Shown: in pieces, positions 20,990 to 32,100 of the stretch
Layout: the number at the start of each line of letters is the position of its first letter
Position numbering within the stretch: the stretch's first letter is position 1
NCBI GenBank assembly: GCA_002269645.1
Contig: NIVC01000762.1
Location: 224,638 to 288,637 of the forward strand
Reading direction: 5' to 3'
DNA from: Macrostomum lignano
Lineage: Eukaryota
DNA: 64,000 bases
The notes under the pieces: model-generated
Databases searched by the model: none
What the model saw: the letters and a program-made list of their open reading frames with translations, nothing else
Told to the model about the DNA's origin: nothing
Translations under genes and position numbers: made by a program

Positions 20990-21405
20990 AAATGATTTTA
21001 ACCCATTGTTCCACCAAGCAAGCAAGGCCCTGCTTGAACTCATCCGCAGGGACATCAGGGCGATGACCATGGCCCTCTTGAGTAATGGTTGTTTTTCCAA
21101 GCACCGCTACCTCCAGAGAGCCCATTTTGCCTCTCCGGTGTTCAGAATGCGGACCACTTCATTTGTGAATGCCAAGCCTTTACTCAGGACAGGCTCACCA
21201 ACTTCGGCCCAAACCCAGAGCTTTTTCACGTTTTCAGGACAGGAGAATCTCTGCCAGCTCGTCCGCTACCTAAGGGCTAGCGGGCGAGCGACCATCCACC
21301 TTCCGGACTCTCCGGAGGCGGGAACTGAAGCTCTAGGGCGACGACGCCTCCCCGCTGTATCCAGATGCCCGAAACCCCCCTGAAGCTAAGTCAAGTCAAG
21401 TAAGA
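20990..21405 (+). mobile_element. 3' fragment of a non-LTR retrotransposon (ORF2 C-terminus with CCHC motif), frameshifted
   Basis: LLELIRRDIRAMT..GCFSKH followed in another frame by PFCLSGVQNADHFICECQAF. Ends in a short tandem tail aagtcaagtcaagtaag. Confidence 0.6.
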
Positions 21406-21955
21406 TACTATACCCTCTAATAGACCTGCTCAGAGATAGCTAACCGAACTACTCTGATTTTAACATTTAAAGAATAAATCATCCCCCTCCATACACCAGA
21501 CCGAACTACTGGTTCGCCCAGACAGCAGACCTTTAGAGCGATTTCAAAATCATCGAAAGCATCTTACTTGAAGCCTTCCCCTTGTATCAACATCTTACTT
21601 TGCAAGTTAACATCAATGTGATTAAAACCATTGATTACATCAGACTGTAGGTAAACCCCCCTTGCGTGATCGCATCAACAGGAAAAGTCAGTCAGTCGAA
21701 TCCAACGCCTCGGTTTTTTGGTTCGAATACTCGTAATAGAAATAAAATCATAAACAGAGCCACAGTAGTTAGAGTCCCAAACTCTAATCCAAACAAACAG
21801 AAACTCGAACTGCCATTCAGTTGAACCAATAAAAATTCACCTCAGTAAAGTTATCCAACTTGTTATTAAATAAAAAAAACAAATCTGCTTCGAGTCTCAA
21901 TATCTTGTCTGAATAGACGATTTCAACTGAAACCTAACCAGTCATTGCAACAAAA

Positions 21956-22345
21956 CTAACCTGCATCCACGGCGCCATCAGTTGCTGCTTGATCGCGAAC
22001 CTCCACCCTGTACGACCGGCCCATTGTTATATTGCCAAAGCCAAATTTTAACAGATGAACTCCCGGCATTTTCGGAGTAAAACTGCAGAGGTATTTCACT
22101 TTGCCTTCGGAGGCTTCAATTCTGAATCGAACTGGCACTTGAGCACCGTCACTTTCAACGCCTTCCGGTACGAGACGGAAAAATGGTTCACGTCTATCAA
22201 CACCTTTGGTGTCCGTTAAAATAAACTTTGCCTCTTTGCCAACAGTGGCCACAGTCCAGTCCTTGCCACCGATGGACAGGTGGTTGCGTGGCTTTCTGCG
22301 GCTTCCAGGATTAGTCTTCTGACTGGAACCGGCGCCAGTAGCACC
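21956..22345 (-). CDS. HOIP-like paralog 5, exon 2: filamin/ABP280-type Ig-like repeat
   Basis: Acceptor ttcccctatccag|GGT at 22346, in frame with exon 1 across an 86-bp intron. ATVGKEAKFIL...YLCSFTPKMPGVHLLKFGFGNITMGRSYRVEV matches the filamin repeat pattern. It ends at TAG or splices onward at G|GTTAGT. Confidence 0.65.
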   Translation of the reverse strand, partial: GATGAGSSQKTNPGSRRKPRNHLSIGGKDWTVATVGKEAKFILTDTKGVDRREPFFRLVPEGVESDGAQVPVRFRIEASEGKVKYLCSFTPKMPGVHLLKFGFGNITMGRSYRVEVRDQAATDGAVDAG

Positions 22346-22431
22346 CTGGATAGGGGAATTTATTCGTCAAGACGTTAGCGACATCTCTTTACTACGTGCA
22401 AAGACAAAATATACCTTCTAGAATAGCTTAC

Positions 22432-23541
22432 TGAGGTTTGCTTTCGCCTTGAAGATGCGACGTTAGCAACGCCTACACGGGGCTTCTTGTTGTCGCCACG
22501 CATGGCGCTGGCCAGGGCCTCTTTGAGGTGCGACTCGCACAGACCCGCCTCGACCACCGGCCTTCCGCACTTCCCGTCCTCCAGACCGCCTCCTGACGTC
22601 TCCTTCTGCTCCTGGACGCTGCACCGACCTCCAGCGCCCGCCACTCCGACAAGCTCCAGCTGAACGCCCCGCTCCAGCGCCGTCTGCCGAACCTTCTCCA
22701 ACGGCCAGTCTCTGAACGTCTCCACGCACTCCGACCCGTGGTGGCAGTGCAGTCCCTTGTTCCCGCCGCAGCACTCCTGTCGAACAAACAGACTGCCGCA
22801 GTCGCTGCAGAACTCCGCCTTGCACTGCCTGCACGTCAGGTGAAGACAGCCGCCTCGAGACAGCTCGAACTGGAAGCCGCACTTTGGACACGAGCTGCCC
22901 CGACTCTCCAGGAACTGCGCCAGTCCGCGCTCGCTCAAGTCCGTCTGCTGACGCCACTCGCCGAACTGCTGGCAGCTCACGCCTCGGTGCCGCTCGTGCC
23001 ACGCCTTGCCGCACTTCCTGCACGTCTCCTTGCCGCAGTGCGGGCACCGCACCTGCCTGTCGTGGTGCTCCGACACCTCGAAACCGTTCGAGCACCCGCT
23101 GCACCAGCAGAAGTTGTCCGTCAGCTTCAGTCGCCAGTCGCGCAGTCTCTCATCCAGCTTCTTCATCACTGCGGGCTTCAGCTGGCCCGCCAGCAGCCTC
23201 CGAAGCAGCGGAAAGTACTCGCACGAAGTGTCCGTCAGAGCTCGGTCGTCCAGCTCGTCGCACACCGGACACGTCAGCACCGACACCGAGCTGTCGTTCA
23301 TCAGGCGCACCTCGATCTGCTGGCACAGACAGTCGCTGCAGACCTCGCAGCCGCACAGGGGAACTTCGACCAGCTTCTTCTCGTCGGTGCACACCGGGCA
23401 CTCTGCTGATGTCTGCAGCTCTGAGAGGTCAGTGGACTTTCCGCACACTGAGCAGATCAGCCTTCTGTGCAGTTGGCGACCCTGTGCTCCATCATTGATG
23501 AAGGTACAGTGCGGACACTGCCACTGCGATCGGCGTGGCAT
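22432..23541 (-). CDS. HOIP-like paralog 5, exon 1: NZF-like + RBR-LDD cassette A
   Basis: ATG at 23541 (MPRRSQWQCPHCTFIN). Intact GGCLHL and FRDW. Phase-0 donor TCA|GTAAGC at 22431. Confidence 0.82.
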
Positions 23542-24261
23542 GTTAGATTGTTCAATCCAACTGAAATGAATTTTAAGAAACAATGACTAGCCATTTAGAA
23601 TAGAACCGGGAGTTTTAAAGCTCCTAAGCCTTTTCATACTTACGCTAAGCTCAAACTTTGTCGCTAAAAGAAGTGGCTGTGCTTTGAAGTAAAAAAAAGA
23701 GCAAAGTAGAAGACTCTGAAATGTTGCTCGAAAAAATAACCGATATATTTTTAGACAAACAGGCACTTTTGTAATAACACATCAGCTGATAAATAGATCA
23801 GCACGAAGCGTGTAACACACAAAGTGTCAATATCATTCAAGCAGTTTTATCAGGACCAAAATGAAGGGTTAAATAACTAGAAATGAGCACATTGTGACAA
23901 ATACGATTGCCTCCAGTCATTATACTGTAATTGAATTATAGTCAATCATGCCATTAACCAACTGCCATTATCATTTGCTAATATAGAAAACTTTAAGTAT
24001 AATTATTGCATGGCTCAGTATGTCAACAGTACAACCAGCAACATTGAGACATCAACGCTGAGACCAAAAAAGTGAAAAAGCAAATGATTAAAACGAAAAT
24101 ACTATAAATTTGCACACCTGCGACAAAGACAAAAAGTCGCACAAGTCTTCATGAAACATGAAATGCTGCATCAGGTCTTCGATTTTGCACTAATAGCTGG
24201 TGAAAAACCACAAAAACTTTAGCATGATCCAAAGCAGCGTTTTAGTTAGAGGCAGCCAGGG

Positions 24262-24545
24262 GCTGCGTGCACCAGCTGGCGCACTTTAAGCGACATTGTC
24301 ACACAACCGGCGAGAGGCATTACTGCCCATTCCGCCGACTCCCCTGAGCAGGCACACAAGCGCGCAGATACGTACGCAGTCATACGCACAGGCACATGTA
24401 CACATGTACACTTCACTGTGCCTTGGGGGTTGGCACTCAAGGCCGTTAATTGCACAAGCAGAGCCAAGCCGAGATTCCAATTCAGCCCCAAATTAATGTG
24501 ACTGCACTTGGAATCGAGCCTGGGCCACTGAGCTACGGGTCCCCT
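24262..24545 (-). mobile_element. tRNA-derived SINE-like repeat, copy 1
   Basis: Minus-strand head GGGACCCGTAGCTCAGTGG...GGCTCGATTCC (A/B-box-like). The body is homologous to 59036-59345. Confidence 0.6.
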
Positions 24546-25053
24546 CTAAAACAGCCAAGTTACTAGGACTAGGGCAAACTGTTGTTACACTGACAAATAG
24601 AACGCTCTTTTTCCCCAAATATTAGCTAAATAATTCAATTAATATTTATATAAATTGCACGGCACTAAATGAAGCGGTCGTTTTCTGCTTTTGCGGCTAA
24701 TTTAGAGTTAAACTAAGTCATCTAACGCTTACTGACAACACATGATAAAAGCAGTAATCATTATTTATTAGAAATGCTAGGCTGAGCATCAAACATAAAT
24801 GTTTATTAAAAAATATAATAATTTGACTAAAATATATCGGAGTATTTGCATTCGTGTGGAGACAATTTGATGAGATTGGAGAGAAAAAAATGCTAGCTTA
24901 AATACATTAGACTCCTTGAGAGATTGGTAAAAATCACTCTGCATTAGATATTAGATAAGGATATTGAGTAATTAGAAGCTAAATACTTGCATAATACAAT
25001 TGGAACAATTCAAAAGTATTTTATTCAACATTGCCGTCTACATTCTGTGCGAT

Positions 25054-27504
25054 TTAATTCTGTTGTTGATAGTGGTAAGATTTTAGATTCTGTTGAGTCG
25101 CATTTATTGGCTGAAACGGGCTCGTGAACTGCTGCATTCTTGAGTTCATGCTCTGCATTGGCGGTACTGGTGAGTTCATGCTCTGCATTGGCGGTACTGG
25201 TGAGTTCATGCTCTGCATTGGCGGTACTGGTGAGTTCATGCTCTGCATTGGCGGTACTGGTGAGTTCATGCTCTGCATTGGCGGTACTGGTGAGTTCATG
25301 CTCTGCATTGGCGGTACTGGTGAGTTCATGCTCTGCATTGGCTGCATTGGCTGCATTGAGTTCATGCTCTGCATTGGCTGCATTGAGTTCATGCTCTGCA
25401 TTGGCTGCATTGAGTTCATGCTCTGCATTGGCTGCATTGAGTTCATGCTCTGCATTGGCTGCATTGAGTTCATGCTCTGCATTGGCTGCATTGAGTTCAT
25501 GCTCTGCATTGGCTGCATTGAGTTCATGCTCTGCATTGGCTGCATTGAGTTCATGCTCTGCATTGGCTGCATTGAGTTCATGCTCTGCATTGGCTGCATT
25601 GAGTTCATGCTCTGCATTGGCTGCATTGAGTTCATGCTCTGCATTGGCTGCATTGAGTTCATGCTCTGCATTGGCTGCATTGAGTTCATGCTCTGCATTG
25701 GCTGCATTGAGTTCATGCTCTGCATTGGCTGCATTGAGTTCATGCTCTGCATTGGCTGCATTGAGTTCATGCTCTGCATTGGCTGCATTGAGTTCATGCT
25801 CTGCATTGGCTGCATTGAGTTCATGCTCTGCATTGGCTGCATTGAGTTCATGCTCTGCATTGGCTGCATTGAGTTCATGCTCTGCATTGGCGGTCTGTAA
25901 TGCGACGGTCTCAAGCTCTGATTCGGCAGCAGAGGCGGTGGAGGCCGAGCGAACCAGTTTGTCACAGAATGCATGGAAGTCCTGACTGCCTGCAACGCTG
26001 TTGTGCCACCTCCAGGCCTTTGATTCGAGGTCGCAGAAGCGGCAGCTGCTGGTGAGTCGCACATCTCACAGCTGGCAGGCGAACCGGATTCAACGTTGAC
26101 CGGCGAGTTGACATTGTGGCACAAGCTGCAGATCCACGGCTGCTGCGGAGCGGCCTCCTGCGGCGTAGAAGTCGGCAGTAACGGCGGAGGCAGGCGCGTC
26201 ATCATTTCGATGAGCATCGGAGTGAGCTTGAACTCCACTGGACTGGATGCGGCAGGGGCGGCGGCGGCGGTGACTGCCTGCTTGACTTTCCTGCCACGCA
26301 TGGCGCTGGCCAGGGCCTCCTTGAGGTGCGACTCGCACAGACCCGACTCGACCACCGGCCTCCCGCACTCCCCGTCCTCCAAACCGCCCCCTGTCGTCTC
26401 CTTCTGCTCCTGGACGCTGCACCGACCTACAGCGCCCGCCACTCCGACAAGCTCCAGCTCAACGCCCCGATCCAGCGCCGTCTGCCGAACCTTCTCCAAC
26501 GGCCAGTCTCTGAACGTCTCCACGCACTCCGACCCATGGTGGCAGTGGAGTCCCTTGTTCCCGCCGCAGCACTCCTGTCGAACAAACAGACTGCCGCAGT
26601 CGCTGCAGAACTCCGCCTTGCACTGCCTGCACGTAAGGTGAAGACAGCCGCCTCGAGACAGCTCGAACTGGAAGCCGCACTTTGGACACGAGCCGCCCCG
26701 ACTCTCCAGGAACTGCGCCAGTCCGCGCTCGCTCAAGTCCGTCTGCTGACGCCACTCGCCGAACTGCTGGCAGCTCACGCCTCGGTGCCGCTCGTGCCAC
26801 GCCATGCCGCACTTCCTGCACGTCTCCTTGCCGCAGTGCGGACACCGGATCGCCAACTCCTCGACGTTGTCGTCAACTTCAAAGCCGAAAGCGCAGCCGC
26901 TGCACCACATGAAGTTGCGACTTCGCTCCAGACGCCAGTCGCGCAGTCTGTCGTCGAGCTGCTGCATCAGGTCGCGGCTGAGCCGGCCCGCTAGCAGACT
27001 CCGCAGCTGGGGAAAGTACTCACAGCCGGGATCGGCCAGGGTGTCCGAATCTGGCCGGCTGCAAACCGGACAAGCAAGCCGGTCAGCCGAGCCGTGACTG
27101 CGCAAGCTGACTCGGACGAATCTACACAGACAGTCGCTGCAGAGCCGACAGCCGCACAGAGGGACTGTCAGAAGTGCCAGCTGCGACTCCAGGCACAGCG
27201 GGCAGTCGCCACAGTCGGAGTAATCGGCAACCGCAGTCGGTGCAGCGTGGGGAACGCCAACGGGCTCGCTAGATTTGCCGCAGACTTCGCAGATGAGTCG
27301 ACCAGAACCGGCGGTGCGACGCGTCTCAGCCAGCTGATTCTCGTAGGTGCAGTGACGGCAGCGCCAAGTGGCAGCGCTGCTGCTGTTCTTCTTGACAGTT
27401 GCCTTGTTTTTATGGCTTTTTTGTTTTTGTTTTTCATTCTGATGCAGCACGAATGAAGCTGAATGATTGCCTCTACGTTTGGAGCTGTTGCCGCTCGATG
27501 TGGC
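25054..27504 (-). CDS. HOIP-like paralog 6: NZF-like, divergent RING1, IBR-RING2-LDD cassette A, NZF, then a PMQSMNSMQ tandem-repeat tail
   Basis: 798-aa ORF (GTG at 27450) with no ATG before the first NZF. It is open back to the acceptor ttttttccag| at 27505, implying an unlocated upstream exon. Catalytic GGCLHL is intact. Confidence 0.8.
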   Translation of the reverse strand, partial: ATSSGNSSKRRGNHSASFVLHQNEKQKQKSHKNKATVKKNSSSAATWRCRHCTYENQLAETRRTAGSGRLICEVCGKSSEPVGVPHAAPTAVADYSDCGDCPLCLESQLALLTVPLCGCRLCSDCLCRFVRVSLRSHGSADRLACPVCSRPDSDTLADPGCEYFPQLRSLLAGRLSRDLMQQLDDRLRDWRLERSRNFMWCSGCAFGFEVDDNVEELAIRCPHCGKETCRKCGMAWHERHRGVSCQQFGEWRQQTDLSERGLAQFLESRGGSCPKCGFQFELSRGGCLHLTCRQCKAEFCSDCGSLFVRQECCGGNKGLHCHHGSECVETFRDWPLEKVRQTALDRGVELELVGVAGAVGRCSVQEQKETTGGGLEDGECGRPVVESGLCESHLKEALASAMRGRKVKQAVTAAAAPAASSPVEFKLTPMLIEMMTRLPPPLLPTSTPQEAAPQQPWICSLCHNVNSPVNVESGSPASCEMCDSPAAAASATSNQRPGGGTTALQAVRTSMHSVTNWFARPPPPLLPNQSLRPSHYRPPMQSMNSMQPMQSMNSMQPMQSMNSMQPMQSMNSMQPMQSMNSMQPMQSMNSMQPMQSMNSMQPMQSMNSMQPMQSMNSMQPMQSMNSMQPMQSMNSMQPMQSMNSMQPMQSMNSMQPMQSMNSMQPMQSMNSMQPMQSMNSMQPMQSMNSMQPMQSMNSMQPMQSMNSMQPMQSMNSMQPMQPMQSMNSPVPPMQSMNSPVPPMQSMNSPVPPMQSMNSPVPPMQSMNSPVPPMQSMNSPVPPMQSMNSRMQQFTSPFQPINATQQNLKSYHYQQQN
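25141..25890 (-). repeat. Coding tandem repeats in paralog 6: 27-bp (PMQSMNSMQ) x ~20 and 30-bp (PMQSMNSPVP) x ~6
   Basis: (tgagttcatgctctgcattggctgcat)n and (tgagttcatgctctgcattggcggtactgg)n on the + strand. Confidence 0.93.
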
Positions 27505-29145
27505 CTGGAAAAAAGTACGCGATACAGTCCTTAGTTAGGATTACGGCTTGAAATGGTAGCTAGGCACTAGACTATTTGCGGTTTAAGTTTTGGTCTAACT
27601 GCAAAATCGTTTCTATGACGGTAGGTAACTTACAGGATTTTTTACTTCTTAAACCAAAAAATTAGAATAAATATAAACACGAGACTTCCTAACATGCTAC
27701 AGGTGTTATTAATTTCGATTGTAGCACATCGTTAGTAAACTACTAAGAAAGCGGCAAGGCTCTTTTTAAATATCATCAATAAGGCACTGGATAAGTAGTT
27801 TCAGAGGTACGAGTATATAGCGATCAGAGACTTGCACAATATCATGCTAAAATTACCTTGCAACTGCTCGTAGATTGATTCTTTCTCGCATGCATTTCGC
27901 TGTCTTACGTTCATAAGTGATGCAATAAATGAGAGTCTCTCTCAGAACACCAGCCTTGTCTGAAAAAATGTCATTAACACTGTTTATTATTCATTTCCAA
28001 TTGTCAAGTGGACGTCAATTTAAAGACCTATCATTTTTTACATACGAGATTGTGTAAGCCTGACTAACCTAGCTCTTATTTAACTAATCAATCTCTGCAA
28101 CTACTAATCAAATCCAAAGCCACTAAAATTTAAGTTTAAGAACATATCTGAGTCTGCGGTTTGAGCTACGATAAAGACACTTGACTTTCTGTACACACGT
28201 CGTACGAGTTGCATTGGCAAAGTAGATAAAAAATAAAATATTTAAATGGCAAATCATAAGCATAATATTTGGCTTCATTATTTATTTGTTGAAAATCACC
28301 CCAGCTAGATAATAAGCTGGTATATCTGAATAACAAAATAAATCAGGCGAAACATGAAAATAGATACGATCTTAAACACTGAAGAACAGGGGACAGCACT
28401 TATGTAAAATACCAGTGGAGCATTTTAAAAAGAAATTCAGTTGAATGAAAAACAGCCAATACCACTGGTATAAAGCATCGAAACTAGTATGGTGGAAAGT
28501 TCGGTTTAATCAGAGTACAAAGACGACAGAGTAGCACGAAAATTGGTTAATAACTTTTATCATAGTCTCAAATGGCAATAAAATCTTGATAAAATAACAA
28601 AATGTGGACAATTTGGAACAACTAAAAATTTAAGCACGATGAAATGGACCACTTATAGCAAGCTACTGTAAAAATTCAAAACTTCTAGAGTAATTATACG
28701 AACACGCCAACTGATTTATAAAAAGGCGTTGTTTAGACAGGTTGATTATAATTTGCTACGGTTTAAAATTTCCAGTTCAAAAAGTTTCCTTGGATAATCA
28801 AATTAAATATTGAAACATCAAATATTAACAAAAACATTAATTCAATTCACAGAACCGGGAATTATATTGACGATTTGGTTCTAATCTAACAGACAAAAAA
28901 TCTTAGGTTAGTGTCCAGATTTTACGCTTGTATTAATTAGACCTTGACTCATTTGTGCCGTTGATTAGGGTTATAAGGGTGTGAAAAACATACAGTTCAA
29001 GGTCTTTAAAACCATACTCGTCGATTAGTGAGGATGTTCAGATTTAAACTAACACTACTCGAAACTTCATTTAATTCATAGTAATTCTATTCACAAAAAT
29101 GTCTGATCGGAAAGTAGGGAGTGTAGATAGAACCGTCGTGACGAG

Positions 29146-32100
29146 TCACTTCACAAGTGGCTTCTGCTGAGCAATCAAAGCTCGCAGGGTTGCCACGTTG
29201 TTCTCGCCGACTCCCGAGCAGTCAATTCGTTCACGCAGACACGCTCCCCTGAGCTCGCCTTCGTCCATCACACTGACGGGATCCAGCTTTTGCTTGTTCA
29301 CCAGCGATACAAGGTACTCAATGTAGTGCTTCTCGCACAGGTTCGCCTGGCCCGGTTTAACGTCGACACCGCACGGCTCATCCTTCAAACTGCTTCCAAC
29401 TTCCTTTTGCTCCATCACTTCGCATTTGTCAACTGGGTTCTCAGCTTCGCTCTCGAACTCCACCTTGTGTAAATGCAGCAGCTGCTGGAGCCGGTCCACT
29501 CCAAAGTCTCTAAGGTAGAAGAGACAGTCTCTCGGGTGTTTGCAACCCCCAAGGCCTCTGCCTTGAATGATTGTATACTCGCCGTCACAGCCTGCGCAGA
29601 ATTGAAAGCGGCACATTCGGCAGGTAAAGTGCAGACAACCACCCTTTGCTAGGGCGTACTGGAAGCCACAATTAGGACATTCAATGCCATTGGCTTGTAG
29701 AAAAAATCCAACACCTTTCTCCTGATATTCTGGATCATTGTCCATCAGCCACTTCCCAAACTGGTCGCAGTCAATGCCCTCATGCTGATCTTTCCACGGC
29801 TTTTTGCACTCTTTGCAGGTAAAGGCCTTGCAAATAGGACATTGGAACTTCAAACCGAACATGATTTCTCCGAGAACCATTCCAAAGCCACAAATGCTGT
29901 TGCTGCACCAGCGAAAGTTTGGATCTCGAATAAGATTCCACTCTGTGATCTTTTGCTCCACAATCTCAACAACGTTTTCATCAAATGTATATTCAGATTG
30001 TTGAAGGCCTTGTATCTGTTTGATCTGTGGCAGAAGAATTCCAAAATGGCTTTCCAGCTCCTCTATTTGATTTGCATTGGGAAATTGGCACATTGGGCAA
30101 TGAAGATCTGTGACATGCCCGCCACCTGTCATAGTTGTTGTTACGAAGTTACGGAAGCACTCATGGCACAACTCGCACTGGCATGAAGCCATTGGCAATA
30201 ACTTGTGCTTCGGAAACTCTCCAGTACAGATACTGCACTCGCACTGCAAGAAACTTTTCACGAAGTCGACGTAATCGCACCTGTTATTGCTGCTCTTTGC
30301 AGCCTCCGCAAGATCATGAAGATCGCAGCCCTTGAACTCACTGTTTTTCATAAGCTGAAAAAGTGTTTGTGCATCGCTAATCTTTCTTAAGTCGAACTCT
30401 CCCATCAGACAGTGGAGGGAGGCCTCACTTCCATTCATTCTGTCGAACTTAGGTGGCTCCTGGCCCTCCTTGCAGAACAAAAATTGTGCGAAATCTCTAA
30501 AGACCCGTTCGTTTTCGGCTTGATAAAAATTAGTAAAATCACCATCGCCCTGAAAATCAAGGTTTACCTCATGGGCTGACTGCAGCAACTCTGGGCAGTT
30601 CTCCGCAATCCAAGCGACCTTTGCTTTGTGACGTTGGGCGCACAGCTGAATAGCCGCTTCAAGGTCGCATGTGTTGTCCAGCACAGCAGATGCGACATCG
30701 TCAAATGAGGGTCGCACACCTGCATTATCATCCTGCAACACTTTCGCTACCTCGCAACCGACCTGCTCAATCAGTGCCGGCCATTTTTCTGCCACCCAGG
30801 CCTTGAATCTAGCCTCCGACTGGGCGCCATCATCAGCAGTTGCCACCAAATACAGCTGGCCCAACCGACCATCGAAGCCTGAAAATTCGATATCTTGTAT
30901 AAGCTTCAACAGCTGTCTGTTTGCAGCCTCCTCCATCTCTGGATTTCGCTGACGGGCTACTGGCTTGACTTCAAAGGGAAGCTTGATACCGTCACTGCCA
31001 CCGAGTTCGCGTGGAGTTTGGCAAATTGCGCAAGACTTTGCAGTAATGGGATTAAACATTGTGCATGCCGAGCAAGACCAATCTTGGTCATTGGACAGCG
31101 GCTCTTGTTTAGGCTTCAGTGGTGCGCGATCTGGAATCTCCACCTGCTTTGGAGCTTCTGGCTGTTTTATTGCTGGCTCCTGCTGCTGTTTTTTGACTTT
31201 TGCAATAATTTCCTTATCGTCGCAAGTCATCGAACAAACTGAGCATATGACGCGGCTACTTTTTATTAGCTTCGTCTCGGCTATAGGATTTAGCGCCGTA
31301 CAAACGGGGCAAGGCCAACTGTTCGCTTCCGTTGGTTCGGTAGGCACCGGCCTTGGAGGCAACTGCTGCTGCGGAGGGGGTGGAGCTGTCTCAGGTTTCG
31401 GCACAATTGATTTAGACAGACGTGGCTTGGGCTTCGGTATCGATTGTGGCTGCTGAGGCGGTTGCGGAGCTGGCAGCGATGGCTGCGGAGGCAGCTGATC
31501 TGAGCAGTCAAAAAACTCTTCTTCAGGCGTCGGCGGTCGACGAATGTCGCCAGCTGGCTTCGAAAAGCTGCGCTCCTCGCTAATAGGCTTTAACGACATC
31601 ATGAACTCATTGAGTTTCATTACACGGGCATCTGACTCGCTGGTATCGCTAGGCTGCTGTCGCGGTGGCTGTCGCGGTGGCTGCTGTGGCTGTTGTTGAG
31701 GTAAAACATATCGCGGTTTTTGTCCAGGATACTGCGGCGGTGGAACCCTCGGAGGCGGCACAGCAACAGCAGGTGCAGCAGCAGCAGCAGCAGCAACAGG
31801 CGCAGGTTGCTGCTGCTGTTGAGCTAGATTTGGACTATTATTACCCATGAGACCAATTTGAGACTTATAACTAACCGCTTGACTGTTTGACACAACCTTT
31901 CTAACTCCAGAGTTCAACTGCACACTGGCAGGTCCCACCACGCCCGGTGGCACCAACCGCACAGCGTTGGATCCGACGGCGTCGCTGATTTTACGTCGAT
32001 TATGACTGCGCCGGTCCGGATGCCCGTGCCAGCGTCCGTCGCAACTCTCGCACAGGCGCCGCTTGGAGCAGTGCTTCTCCTGGCAGGCCACCGTTGCCGC

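Noticed and set aside
25025-26062. Alternative-frame repeat ORFs (ANAEHELNA, CIEFMLCIG, ALAALSSCS)
   Set aside because: Stop-free by construction of the tandem repeat; only the PMQSMNSMQ frame is continuous with the RBR gene.
42-27097. Many long plus-strand and alternate-frame ORFs over the RBR cassette (e.g. 145-744, 5610-6713, 11064-11789, 22738-23409)
   Set aside because: Shadow ORFs of GC-rich coding sequence on the opposite strand or frame; they have no motifs and recur only because the cassette is duplicated.
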